From IMG/VR virus record IMGVR_UViG_3300029922_000001, positions 62,001-126,000 of that record: a stretch of 64,000 nucleotides of DNA; one strand, written 5' to 3'. Position 1 is the first letter of the stretch, and every line of letters starts with the position of its first letter. This document shows positions 1 to 9,447 of the stretch, piece by piece. The position numbers and the translations under genes are program-made. The notes beneath the pieces are model-generated. The model had not been told where the DNA came from. It searched no databases and saw only the letters and a program-made list of their open reading frames with translations.

Positions 1-2
1 GT

Positions 3-1688
3 CGTTTCCCAGAGAACTATAAAAAAGCTAGATATGACTATCTAATTGACTTAATCTATCATGATGATGAATTAGAAGCAGAAGGTGGCGAAATCTCCAA
101 TGAAGAATTAGAACTCCAAAAGCTTCAAGAACGTCACGTTTCAGATAAATTTGCTACTGAAATGGATTTAATTACTAAAGGTGATTTGCTTCCAGAAGTA
201 AAAAAACAAATTTTAGATAAAATTAAAATGCGTAGAAGATTCTTTGAATTAGTTTTAGTTATGGGACGTAGAGGTAGCAAGAGTTTTATTGTTTGTATTA
301 TTGCTCTATACGAAGCTTTTAAACTATTACAAATGGGACATCCACAAAGTAGAATTCCTTCTGCTATTGACTCAACCGTTTTTACTATCTGTAATGTTGC
401 TGTTTCACAAAAACAGGCTGACTCTGCTATTTTCACTCCTTTGTCAAGTTATGTGAACTCTAGTCCATTCTTTACTCAGTGTATTGGTGGTCAAAATAGT
501 CAAGAAATTCACTTATTAACAGAACATGATAAACAAGAAAATGTCCTTAGAAAGAAAAAAGGATTAGATCCTCTAACTGGAACTATTCAAATTATATGCG
601 GACATAGTAACTCGTCTTCATTGGTTGGACGTTCTATGATCGTCGTTATCATTGACGAAATGGCTGAAATGGCTCAAGAAGGTGGGGCTGGTGTTGACTA
701 TGAATTGTACGAAAAACTACTTCCTGCTATCTCAAGCTTTGGTTTGGAATATGGAAAAATGATTAGTATTTCCAACCCATTAGGTCCTCATGGTAAATTG
801 TATGATCTATACAAAGATAGTTTTGATTCTAAAAGCAGTTTAATGTTTCAATTGTCAACTCATGAAGCTAACCCATTCATTCCATTAGACTTCCTTGAAG
901 CGCAAAAAACTAGAAATCCAGTTACTTACGAAATGTTTTATGGAGCTAGGTTTGGAGATGCAGGTAGCTCACCTTGGATACAAGCAGAACATGTGGATAA
1001 AGCCTTTGAAAATGGATATTGTAGAAGTCGCTTAGAAATGGGTGAGCCTGGAGTATCTTATTATGCTCATTTAGATCCCGCTAGAAGTAATGACTATTAC
1101 GCATTAGCCATTGTACATCCTGAAATGACTGGTTATTACAATCCAGATGGTAGCCCTATTAATAAAATAATTGTAGATCATATTCACGTATGGAAGCCTT
1201 TGAATGATCACAAAATAGACAGTAACGAAGTAGATCAATACATCATTAATTTATCTCAAAAAATATTTTTAAAACAAGTTTCTTATGACCAATGGGAAAG
1301 TGAAAACTCAATTAAGAAATTACAAGGTTTCAATATCAATGCTGTATGTACTACGTTTAATCCAGACTACAAACGTTTAGCATATGGAGAATTATATGAA
1401 CTCTTTGTTAGTGGTAGAATTGAATTCTATGGTAAGAACACTATTATAGCACAGCCAAATGGCACAATTATGGAATTAAATGAAATTGATGAAGCTAAAA
1501 AACAATTCAAGTTATTGCAACAAAAATTCCAGGCTAATAAAAGAAAGATTTATACATTACCTAATGCTTTTGATGATATTCCTGACGCCTTAGCTGGTGC
1601 TTGTTATCAGGCATTACAAAAGCAAGTATACCAAACTTCATTTAGACCAAGAGCAGTGTATTTACCATATAGAGGGGGACGCTTCTAA
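3..1688 (+). CDS. terL: Terminase large subunit, 5'-truncated by the window edge
   Basis: Walker A GRRGSKS, Walker B VVIIDE, coupling motif ISISNP, RNase H-like nuclease AHLDPA...DIPDA. The frame is open from position 3 (RFPENYKKARYDY...), so the true start lies upstream of the ORF-track start at 162. Confidence 0.93.
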   Translation, partial: RFPENYKKARYDYLIDLIYHDDELEAEGGEISNEELELQKLQERHVSDKFATEMDLITKGDLLPEVKKQILDKIKMRRRFFELVLVMGRRGSKSFIVCIIALYEAFKLLQMGHPQSRIPSAIDSTVFTICNVAVSQKQADSAIFTPLSSYVNSSPFFTQCIGGQNSQEIHLLTEHDKQENVLRKKKGLDPLTGTIQIICGHSNSSSLVGRSMIVVIIDEMAEMAQEGGAGVDYELYEKLLPAISSFGLEYGKMISISNPLGPHGKLYDLYKDSFDSKSSLMFQLSTHEANPFIPLDFLEAQKTRNPVTYEMFYGARFGDAGSSPWIQAEHVDKAFENGYCRSRLEMGEPGVSYYAHLDPARSNDYYALAIVHPEMTGYYNPDGSPINKIIVDHIHVWKPLNDHKIDSNEVDQYIINLSQKIFLKQVSYDQWESENSIKKLQGFNINAVCTTFNPDYKRLAYGELYELFVSGRIEFYGKNTIIAQPNGTIMELNEIDEAKKQFKLLQQKFQANKRKIYTLPNAFDDIPDALAGACYQALQKQVYQTSFRPRAVYLPYRGGRF

Positions 1689-2086
1689 GCCCCCTCTGTA
1701 TCTGAAGTATATAATAAAGTGCGTTCTTTATCTATCAAACCAATTATTTCCCAACAACCTTGAATGATCCAATGTTCCTCTTTAGGATGCCATGCTAACA
1801 CTAAATCTAGATTTAGTTCTTTAATTTTTGGTGCATTAACACGACCAAGAACAATATGATACCAGTCATTGCGTTTAATATAGTTAGTAACAGCATATGC
1901 ACCAAATAAACGTTTTTTAGCACCCTTGTTTGCTTTAATTTCGTCAGGAGAAGCAATCCAATATATTTTCTTATTTAAGTTAGTGGCTTTGCTATATTCT
2001 TTAAGTGTCATGATCTTATTGTTCTTGTCTACCATGTTGGGAACCTGATAACCACCTTCTATTTTAAAACATTGATCTATATTCAT
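1685..2086 (-). CDS. Hypothetical protein, convergent with terL
   Basis: 133-aa ORF filling the gap; TATAAT 5 nt upstream of the ATG, no SD. Confidence 0.65.
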   Translation of the reverse strand: MNIDQCFKIEGGYQVPNMVDKNNKIMTLKEYSKATNLNKKIYWIASPDEIKANKGAKKRLFGAYAVTNYIKRNDWYHIVLGRVNAPKIKELNLDLVLAWHPKEEHWIIQGCWEIIGLIDKERTLLYTSDTEGA

Positions 2087-2103
2087 GCTTTATTATACCT
2101 AAG

Positions 2104-2129
2104 CAGGGTAATTTATTTATCGTATTGAA
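2104..2129 (+). promoter_or_regulatory. Putative promoter, variant of AAAGGWTTT-N14-GWA
   Basis: CAGGGTAAT-N14-GAA ending 9 nt before ATG 2139; GG-to-GAA spacing matches the other copies. Confidence 0.45.
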
Positions 2130-2138
2130 TTAGAAAAT

Positions 2139-3305
2139 ATGAGTAAACGTATCGCGCAGTTTGGTGGCATAGGAGGTATGTCCAATCAAGGTGCCCCTGG
2201 AAGGTCGCCAATTCAATTTGGTAACGCAGGAAACAATGGTAAACCCAATGCAATACAACCTGATGTTGTATTTGATAGTTTATTAAGTCCTTATCAAATT
2301 GGTTGTGATATTGAAAGAAGTATTGAAAATCAATTGGAAATCTTCCATACCGATATGGAAGCTGACCAAATCGCGTATTTAGATCCAAAACAAAGACAAA
2401 AAATTAAAGATGGTCAATATCTTCAAAGAAGAGATGAATATCGTTATAAGCCTTTGGCTAGTGACGAAAAGCCAAGATACCCTAAATTTGTACCTACAGA
2501 AACCGCTTTAAACAATAAGAGGGTAAACGATGATGCTAGATTAAACCAAGATAATGTCGTTGAACATATTAAACCAGACAGAATTCATATGTCTGCTAGA
2601 AAACTCAATAATGATGCTTTAAGATTTATTTTCGCAGATAATAAATTCGAAGAAGATTTAGATGAAAATTTTGATAATGGTGTTTTCGGGATGAACGCTG
2701 ATGGTGCGGAAATTGCAAGATCACCAACTTCTATGGGTGTTGAAGAAGATACTAATATCAATAACATGAAAAATGAAGGTCAAGATAAATATCATATGGA
2801 CCCTGCTAGTGGTGGATACAATTCCCCAAGTGCGCAATACGAAAAAGGTGGTATTGGTGGACGTAGCCAAGCAGATATTGAACATATGTTAAATGACGAT
2901 AAAGATGTTAGTGTAGGTGGTTATGGTAATAAATTACCAGAAAACGGTCAATTCTCTACATTATACGAAGGTGCTGCTGCCAACTATATTCAACCAGATC
3001 AATATTACAAGACAGATACAGAAGCTAAAACCTCTGAACCTGAATTAGATCCACAAATGAAAGAGTTATTAGATGGTATTATGAATAATTCAGAAGTTAC
3101 TACTGAATCCAAACTAAACTTACATAACAAAGTACAAAATCCTTCTCTTCAGGGTCCACCAACAAAGGACATGGATGCTGGATACAGTCAATATGATGCA
3201 TTAGGTAACAGTAAGGATAATAAATTCTATCAAGAAGCTGAAGGCGCAAACACTTGGAAGAATAACCCAGGTTCAATTGCTCAGCCTAGTAGCCCAATGC
3301 CTTAA
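2139..3305 (+). CDS. Hypothetical low-complexity protein, candidate internal head protein
   Basis: 388 aa, N-terminal KRIAQ then Gly/Met-rich segment; D/N/G/Q-rich; next to terL. Confidence 0.75.
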   Translation: MSKRIAQFGGIGGMSNQGAPGRSPIQFGNAGNNGKPNAIQPDVVFDSLLSPYQIGCDIERSIENQLEIFHTDMEADQIAYLDPKQRQKIKDGQYLQRRDEYRYKPLASDEKPRYPKFVPTETALNNKRVNDDARLNQDNVVEHIKPDRIHMSARKLNNDALRFIFADNKFEEDLDENFDNGVFGMNADGAEIARSPTSMGVEEDTNINNMKNEGQDKYHMDPASGGYNSPSAQYEKGGIGGRSQADIEHMLNDDKDVSVGGYGNKLPENGQFSTLYEGAAANYIQPDQYYKTDTEAKTSEPELDPQMKELLDGIMNNSEVTTESKLNLHNKVQNPSLQGPPTKDMDAGYSQYDALGNSKDNKFYQEAEGANTWKNNPGSIAQPSSPMP

Positions 3306-3331
3306 TATAAAATACGTGTATAAATTAAAAT

Positions 3332-4429
3332 ATGCATTACGATTTTCTAATTGTAGGAACTGGCTTTTATGGAGCTACCTTTGCTAACATAGCCCATGCC
3401 AAGGGCTATAAGGTTAGAATGATCGAACAACGCAATATTCCTGGTGGGAATAGCAGTACTGAATTAATACACAACATAAATGTTCATACTCATGGACCAC
3501 ATATTTTTAGAACAAATAAAGAGGAAATATGGGAGTTCATTAATCAATTCACTAAATTTCATCATTATTCACACAGACTAAAAGTAAGTCATAATAATAA
3601 ACTTTATTCCTTTCCCATCAATTTAATGACAATGCATCAGGTTTGGGGTGTAATGTCTCCAAATGAAGCAAAAGATAAGTTAGAGTCTGTAAGAGTTCAT
3701 AATGATAATCCAAAAAATATGGAAGAGTATTGTCTTTCTTTGATTGGTGAAGAATTATATGAAATTTTCATTAAAGGATATACCACTAAACACTGGGGAA
3801 GATCCCCTAAAGAACTACCTGCTTGGATTGTAAAGCGTATCCCTGTACGTTTCAATCTAGATGATCACTATTACCATAATGATAGTCAATATGAAGGTAT
3901 TCCAATTGGTGGTTACACGCGCATGTTTGAGAATATGTTAATAGACATTCCTGTAGATTACAATACTAACTTCATGGAAAATAAAAAAGAACTCAGCAAG
4001 ATAGCAGATAAGATTATCTTTACGGGTTGTATTGATGAATATTACGATTATGCTTTAGGTCGATTAGAATATCGTTCTTTAGATTTTCATCACGAAGTAC
4101 ACAAAGGAGATTATCAAGGTTGTTCTGTTGTTAATTATGCAGATGTAAATATTCCTTATACTCGTATTGTAGAGCATAAACATTTTGAACATTCTGATTC
4201 GGAATACACAATTATAACTAAAGAATATCCCAAAGCTTATACTACAGGTTCCGTTCCATACTATCCCATTAATGATGATACCAACAATAACTTATTTAAG
4301 AGTTACCAAGAGTTAAGTTCTCATGACAATAATGTGGTTTTTGGTGGCAGACTTGGTTCGTATAAATATTACGATATGGATCATGCAATTGCGGCTTCAA
4401 TGACACTTTCAAAAAGGTTATTGAATTAA
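3332..4429 (+). CDS. glf: UDP-galactopyranose mutase
   Basis: FAD-binding N-terminus LIVGTGFYGA, GGN, HTHGPHIFRTN, EYRSLDF, YTRIVEHKHF, PYYP, GGRLGSYKYYDMD; full length 365 aa. Confidence 0.95.
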   Translation: MHYDFLIVGTGFYGATFANIAHAKGYKVRMIEQRNIPGGNSSTELIHNINVHTHGPHIFRTNKEEIWEFINQFTKFHHYSHRLKVSHNNKLYSFPINLMTMHQVWGVMSPNEAKDKLESVRVHNDNPKNMEEYCLSLIGEELYEIFIKGYTTKHWGRSPKELPAWIVKRIPVRFNLDDHYYHNDSQYEGIPIGGYTRMFENMLIDIPVDYNTNFMENKKELSKIADKIIFTGCIDEYYDYALGRLEYRSLDFHHEVHKGDYQGCSVVNYADVNIPYTRIVEHKHFEHSDSEYTIITKEYPKAYTTGSVPYYPINDDTNNNLFKSYQELSSHDNNVVFGGRLGSYKYYDMDHAIAASMTLSKRLLN

Positions 4430-4438
4430 AAAATAGAA
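4413..4438 (+). promoter_or_regulatory. Putative promoter AAAGGTTAT-N14-GAA
   Basis: Overlaps the 3' end of glf; ends 10 nt before ATG 4449. Confidence 0.6.
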
Positions 4439-4448
4439 AGTAAATTAT

Positions 4449-5210
4449 ATGGGGTTAATCCAAACATTAAGATTGGCAAGCGTCTTAGATGGCATAGGCG
4501 ATGACGGCGATTATGAAAAAGCTGACGCCTTAGATCGTCATGTTCTTGCACAAATAGGTTATATTAACCAAAACCCATCAATTAACTGGTTTTTAAGACC
4601 TTGGAGCGATCACGCGCAAGAATTTAAAGATTCAGATTCTAAGCGTCAAAAATTCCATCAATCTACTATCCCAACTTATGGTAGTGGTTATACTCAAGCT
4701 CCTGAAGATTTTTCAGTTCAACCTAAAAAAGTACAAAATGTAAATGTTAGTGAATCTGCAAAACAAATTTTACAAACCATATCTGCACGTCCATGTTTTC
4801 TAAATATCAGCCTTAGAGGTTGTGGCGCTCAAGGAAGTGCTGTATTTGATGTTAAGATTACCAATAAACCACAAGGCGATAGGCAATTCCCTGTCTCCAC
4901 TGATATGTTTGTGGATTTTATGCCTGATACTGAAGGACACGAAAACGGTATATTAGATTGGAATGGTAAGAATTTTGTTTTTCAATCTCCAAACAAATGT
5001 AAACCACAAACCCAAAATACAAAAGAAGTGAGCGACACTTCTACTACTTTATTTAACATGGACGGTGGTAGCGGTGTTAACGGTCCAGCTTATGTAGTTA
5101 ATGACTACAAGAGTATTGGTATGAACGGTGGTAAAACTGGACCATTCGAATGGAATAGTCAACATCGCACTGAAGGCGTCGGAAGTTGGAAAAACGCCAT
5201 GCCAACATAA
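4449..5210 (+). CDS. Hypothetical protein with N-terminal helical tag
   Basis: 253 aa; RLASVLDGIGDDGDYEKADALD followed by HVLAQ. Confidence 0.75.
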   Translation: MGLIQTLRLASVLDGIGDDGDYEKADALDRHVLAQIGYINQNPSINWFLRPWSDHAQEFKDSDSKRQKFHQSTIPTYGSGYTQAPEDFSVQPKKVQNVNVSESAKQILQTISARPCFLNISLRGCGAQGSAVFDVKITNKPQGDRQFPVSTDMFVDFMPDTEGHENGILDWNGKNFVFQSPNKCKPQTQNTKEVSDTSTTLFNMDGGSGVNGPAYVVNDYKSIGMNGGKTGPFEWNSQHRTEGVGSWKNAMPT

Positions 5211-5255
5211 AGGAATTTGGAAATCGTTTAATAATATAAATATATAGGAGATAAT

Positions 5256-5972
5256 ATGCCCCGATCACCAATTAGACTTGTAAGCCAACAATATGATCTT
5301 GATATTTTCAATGGATCTTTCGAAAACGATGAAGTAGATGGTTTATCCGATTTACAACGCACTTTATTATCTAATGCATCTGTAACTAGAGAAGCATCCA
5401 AAAAGAAAGAACACTTTACTTCTTTATTGGAAATAATCGCTAAATCAGAAGATACCGTAGTAACTGCTGCATCCAAGATTGCTTACAATGATGACACTAA
5501 AATTTATCGTGTTCCAACTGAAATCAATGACGTAGAATTAATTGGCTTAAAAACTCATGGTTTAGTTCAGGGACAAGGTAGATTAGTTAAACTTACTGAA
5601 AGTGGTACTAATTTATTAAGAGATAAGTGGCTTACTTCCGAAAATAATATCAAACAAAAGAGAACCAAACCTAAATTTGATATTTTGAAAGAGCCAAAAT
5701 ATTCATATAGTGCAGCTAACGCCAATTATGTTGATAACTCTGCGTTTAAGGCTGTTGCTAGTTTGAATGATGAACAGAAAGTTGTGTTAGCTGAAAGTAT
5801 CTTAACAGATATTAAAGAAGGATATAATGATGAATTCATTAATGAAAGTCATGCTTATTTACGTCATTTAATCGGTTTAGAAGAAAATTGTCCTAATATT
5901 AACATCGCTACACGAACATTAGTTGCAAATCGTCTTGCATCTTCTGTACAAAGCAATAGACGCAATGGTTAA
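5256..5972 (+). CDS. Hypothetical protein with a possible winged-helix-like segment
   Basis: AGGAG SD; central LKTHGLVQGQGRLVKLTESG resembles a wHTH wing; several [RK]xA motifs. Confidence 0.7.
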   Translation: MPRSPIRLVSQQYDLDIFNGSFENDEVDGLSDLQRTLLSNASVTREASKKKEHFTSLLEIIAKSEDTVVTAASKIAYNDDTKIYRVPTEINDVELIGLKTHGLVQGQGRLVKLTESGTNLLRDKWLTSENNIKQKRTKPKFDILKEPKYSYSAANANYVDNSAFKAVASLNDEQKVVLAESILTDIKEGYNDEFINESHAYLRHLIGLEENCPNINIATRTLVANRLASSVQSNRRNG

Positions 5973-6687
5973 AGTTAAGTTAAACAGCACAGAGTTAATA
6001 GATATTTGCGGAGAATTAGTTCGCAAAACTGGAGTAAAGAAAGACAAATCTTTATTTAAATTACCTCCTAATTTCACTAGTGACAAAATCACTAGTGAAA
6101 AAAACTTAATAGCTTTGTTTCGTGTTTTATCCGAATATGAAGACGGCAGACATTTGAAGTTAATTAATTTGCCACAACTATATAATAAGTATGGCGGTTT
6201 ACCAATTTTAGAAGATAGTCAATATCGTACTGTACATAATTGGTTACAACAAGCACATTTTGCGTTTAGAGCAATTTTAGTCGAAAAAGCCATGCGACAA
6301 TTTGATAACCTTAATGATGCTGCTAAATGGGTTTATGAGCAAATGTATTTTAATAAACCTAGAAAATCATTTATTGCTAAAGACGGTAATGTTTACAAAC
6401 CACTTCGATATGCAACCTCTGAAGTTATTTTAAAATGGATTCAACAGGAATGTGAACAAAATCAACTAAATAAAGAATATGGTGCAAAAATCACAGTTGT
6501 AGAGTGGGAACTATACGGTTTACACGGAAAACTAAGAACTGCACAAAAAAATCTAACTCAAGAAATAAATTCAGTAGTAAAAATTGCAAAAACTTTAGAT
6601 TATAAAGGTTTTGCTCCCAATGCTGACGAACTAGATGATAAGTTAAATTCTTTTCTTGAGAATTTAGAAATAATGGATGGTGTTTAA
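5965..6687 (+). CDS. Hypothetical protein with C-terminal helical tag
   Basis: Start reassigned to ATG 5965, which overlaps the previous stop; ends LRTAQK...KIAKTLDYKGFAPNADELD. Confidence 0.7.
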   Translation: MVKVKLNSTELIDICGELVRKTGVKKDKSLFKLPPNFTSDKITSEKNLIALFRVLSEYEDGRHLKLINLPQLYNKYGGLPILEDSQYRTVHNWLQQAHFAFRAILVEKAMRQFDNLNDAAKWVYEQMYFNKPRKSFIAKDGNVYKPLRYATSEVILKWIQQECEQNQLNKEYGAKITVVEWELYGLHGKLRTAQKNLTQEINSVVKIAKTLDYKGFAPNADELDDKLNSFLENLEIMDGV

Positions 6688-9004
6688 AAGCATGAAGATT
6701 AAGATAGCCAAAAATGACAATTATAGTTATAGTTTTGAATATACTAAAGAAGAAAAAAAACGTCTTAGCGATTGGGCTATTTATGTAGAAGCTTTTGCAA
6801 CCACAGAAAGTGATAATTTAAGAACATCTTCTAGTATGATGTTGCAGATTAGAAACGCTGCTTTAATTAAAGACGTTTCCGGTCTTCCATCTGCTTTGGA
6901 AAATCTTTTTAGTCGTATTGAATCCTGGCGCAATCAAATTAGAAAAGTAGCTGATGCTAGACAAGATATTCCCCCTCAAGAAAAAGAAAGATTTGTTAAA
7001 ATCCAATTAGCTCTTAAAATTCAAGAAGTACTAACATCTAATTCAGAACTTAGAGATGCTTTGTTTACTCATATTTATGAATTATCAGATAAAATTGCAC
7101 ATAGCCCTAATTACTTACAAATTCCTCCTGGTTTTAGTGCTGAAGATGCTGTTGCCTATATGATTCGCAATACAATGGACTTAGATAAAACCGCTGCTTT
7201 ATCAGATAATGCTAATCGCGGTAAGATGTCTAGTTCTATTGTTGACTGGTTAGCTGGTTATGCTCCAGAAGCTAGTGGTGGCACTAAAAACTGGGAAAGT
7301 TATATTGCTCCTTTGTTAAGACAAAAGGGTAAAAATGCTGTTTCTGTTTGGAATAAAGGTAACAAGAGCGAAGAAGCATTAGAATATGAAGGTTCTGATG
7401 GTAAGACAACTGAAAATGCAAATATTTATCAAAATAGACAGCAAGATCCACATGCTTTAGTTGATGTTAAACCAGTTAATTTGTCTGCTTGGACAAAAGA
7501 AATGTTTAACAGCGTTAGAAACTTAGTTATGAAGTTGGCAAACAAGAATCCAGAAAAATACGAAGTTCTTGCGGAAAAATTTGGTACTTATACCGAAGCT
7601 ATGAACACAGTTGTAGCACAAGCTAAAAAAATAGATCAAATGCAAATTGGCTATTTCCAAGATAAAAACCCAGAAACTCTAAAGCAAATTCAAAATGCAG
7701 TACAAATTTTCCAAACTTCATTTATGAAGGCTCATGAAATTTTTCCAAATACCTCAAAGGGTTTTGCGGATGAATTAGCAGACATTTTAGAAGATTTCAT
7801 TCCTCAAGCACCAGTTGCTGAAGAAGTTGTTAATCCACAAACTGGTGAAACCGAAGTTGCACCACAGGTTGGAGAGACTGAAGAAAAAACAGATGATTTA
7901 GCTTGGATTGAACAACATGCTCCTGATTTAGCTCGTAAATTATTGAGTATTGGTGGTAAACCAGGTATGTATGTAGAAAATGGTTCTACCAAACCATATT
8001 CTAAGATGCTTGGTCAACAAGGTCCAGAAGGTCAACCTGTAATGAAATATTACATTGGCTTATCTAAACTATTACATTTAGGTATTAATTCTATTGGAGA
8101 TTTAAGTGACTTGTTAGATGAAACACGTTCATTGTCTTCTCAAAATTACGAAGCTATTATCTCTCATTTGATTACACAAGCTGGTTTTTACGAAAGTAGA
8201 TATCGTGCAGTTATGTTGTCTAAACTTTCTTCACCATCTCAGTATAAACCAATTTTCGGTAAATTCTTATTTGATTTGATTGCTCAATTTGGCGATAAGT
8301 ATTATGCTTATGCCGTTAAAGCTGCGGAAGAAAGTGGCGAATTGGCTCAAAATCCTCAAGCAACACAAGCTATTCAAGCTGCCAAGGATACTCTTATTAC
8401 TAATTTGCGTTCAGCCGCAAAAGCAAGACTTGGTGGAAAGAAAGAATTAGATGATTCTCAAGTTGAAAATATGACTCAAGCTAATGACGTATTCAGAGGT
8501 TTATTGTCAAGTATTGATCCTTCAATGAGAGCCGCTGCTTACGAATTCTTTAAGGACGAAATTGCAAAACGTCGTCAAGAGAAACTAGAATGGGGTGGTA
8601 ACTTCGGTGGTACAGCATTAACTCAAGAGGATCTTGAAGAAATCGCAAATGAAGTTTTCCAGAAAGTTTATTTGAATGGTAAAGTTGATATGTCACTTAG
8701 AAGTAAGGGCAAGAATCCTTATGAACCAGCTAAAGGATTAAGCTTCTTACAGCCACACGTTATTAAACAAGAACTTCAAAAGCTTAACACACCTGGTACT
8801 AAAGGTGATAGTTGGATGATGGGCATGGACGATTTGACTAAAGAAACAAGAAAAACTCCAGAAGCCACAGTGCGTGTTAAACTAAAAAGATGCGCTTCTA
8901 AAGAAGAACTTAATGATTTAGCTGCATATTACGATACTATTTCAAATTATGAATTTGCTGACAAGGTAGATAGATTAATTTTCAAATGGTATGCCAATGA
9001 CTAA
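6677..9004 (+). CDS. Large helical hypothetical protein, candidate internal/ejection protein
   Basis: 775 aa Ala/Gln/Leu-rich; C-terminal KRCAS then DLAAYYDTISNYEFADKVD tag. Confidence 0.8.
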   Translation: MVFKSMKIKIAKNDNYSYSFEYTKEEKKRLSDWAIYVEAFATTESDNLRTSSSMMLQIRNAALIKDVSGLPSALENLFSRIESWRNQIRKVADARQDIPPQEKERFVKIQLALKIQEVLTSNSELRDALFTHIYELSDKIAHSPNYLQIPPGFSAEDAVAYMIRNTMDLDKTAALSDNANRGKMSSSIVDWLAGYAPEASGGTKNWESYIAPLLRQKGKNAVSVWNKGNKSEEALEYEGSDGKTTENANIYQNRQQDPHALVDVKPVNLSAWTKEMFNSVRNLVMKLANKNPEKYEVLAEKFGTYTEAMNTVVAQAKKIDQMQIGYFQDKNPETLKQIQNAVQIFQTSFMKAHEIFPNTSKGFADELADILEDFIPQAPVAEEVVNPQTGETEVAPQVGETEEKTDDLAWIEQHAPDLARKLLSIGGKPGMYVENGSTKPYSKMLGQQGPEGQPVMKYYIGLSKLLHLGINSIGDLSDLLDETRSLSSQNYEAIISHLITQAGFYESRYRAVMLSKLSSPSQYKPIFGKFLFDLIAQFGDKYYAYAVKAAEESGELAQNPQATQAIQAAKDTLITNLRSAAKARLGGKKELDDSQVENMTQANDVFRGLLSSIDPSMRAAAYEFFKDEIAKRRQEKLEWGGNFGGTALTQEDLEEIANEVFQKVYLNGKVDMSLRSKGKNPYEPAKGLSFLQPHVIKQELQKLNTPGTKGDSWMMGMDDLTKETRKTPEATVRVKLKRCASKEELNDLAAYYDTISNYEFADKVDRLIFKWYAND

Positions 9005-9356
9005 ATTTAAAGTGGTTTTGATAGCTAATAACGAAGCAAAAAGAGAGAAGGGGTTAATGTTTACCAAGCCCCTTCATTCTGACGAAGTTGCTTATTTTAC
9101 TTTCACTAAACCTGATTGTTATGGATTTTGGAATAAAAATGTTTCTTACGATTTAACGTTAGCTTTTGTAGATGAAAATCATAAAATCATAGATTTCAAG
9201 GATTTAAAAGCCGAACAAGAAAAAACAGTTTATCCTGATACTCAATTTGTAAAATATGTTATTGAAGCATCAAAAGGCGCATTTGATAAGTATAAAATTA
9301 AAATAGGCGACGTGGTTCATCACAATGATGACGAATTAACAATCCACTCTTCTTAA
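8991..9356 (+). CDS. DUF192 (UPF0127) family protein
   Basis: REKGLMF, GFWNKNV, LAFVD, YVIEASKG, IKIGDVV match the DUF192 pattern GLM..FWMKN..YVLE..GD. Confidence 0.8.
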   Translation: MPMTKFKVVLIANNEAKREKGLMFTKPLHSDEVAYFTFTKPDCYGFWNKNVSYDLTLAFVDENHKIIDFKDLKAEQEKTVYPDTQFVKYVIEASKGAFDKYKIKIGDVVHHNDDELTIHSS

Positions 9357-9394
9357 ATTTTTTGAAAAACTATTTTGTTTTAGATTTCAAAAAA

Positions 9395-9420
9395 AAAGGG
9401 TTTATTATCTTTTTATTGAA
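9395..9420 (+). promoter_or_regulatory. Putative promoter AAAGGGTTT-N14-GAA
   Basis: Intergenic; followed by GGAG SD and ATG 9448. Confidence 0.65.
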
Positions 9421-9447
9421 CGAATAGATACTGGAGATAAACCAACA

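Noticed and set aside
162-164. ATG 162 as the terminase start
   Set aside because: The frame is open to the window edge with plausible protein sequence and there is no SD.
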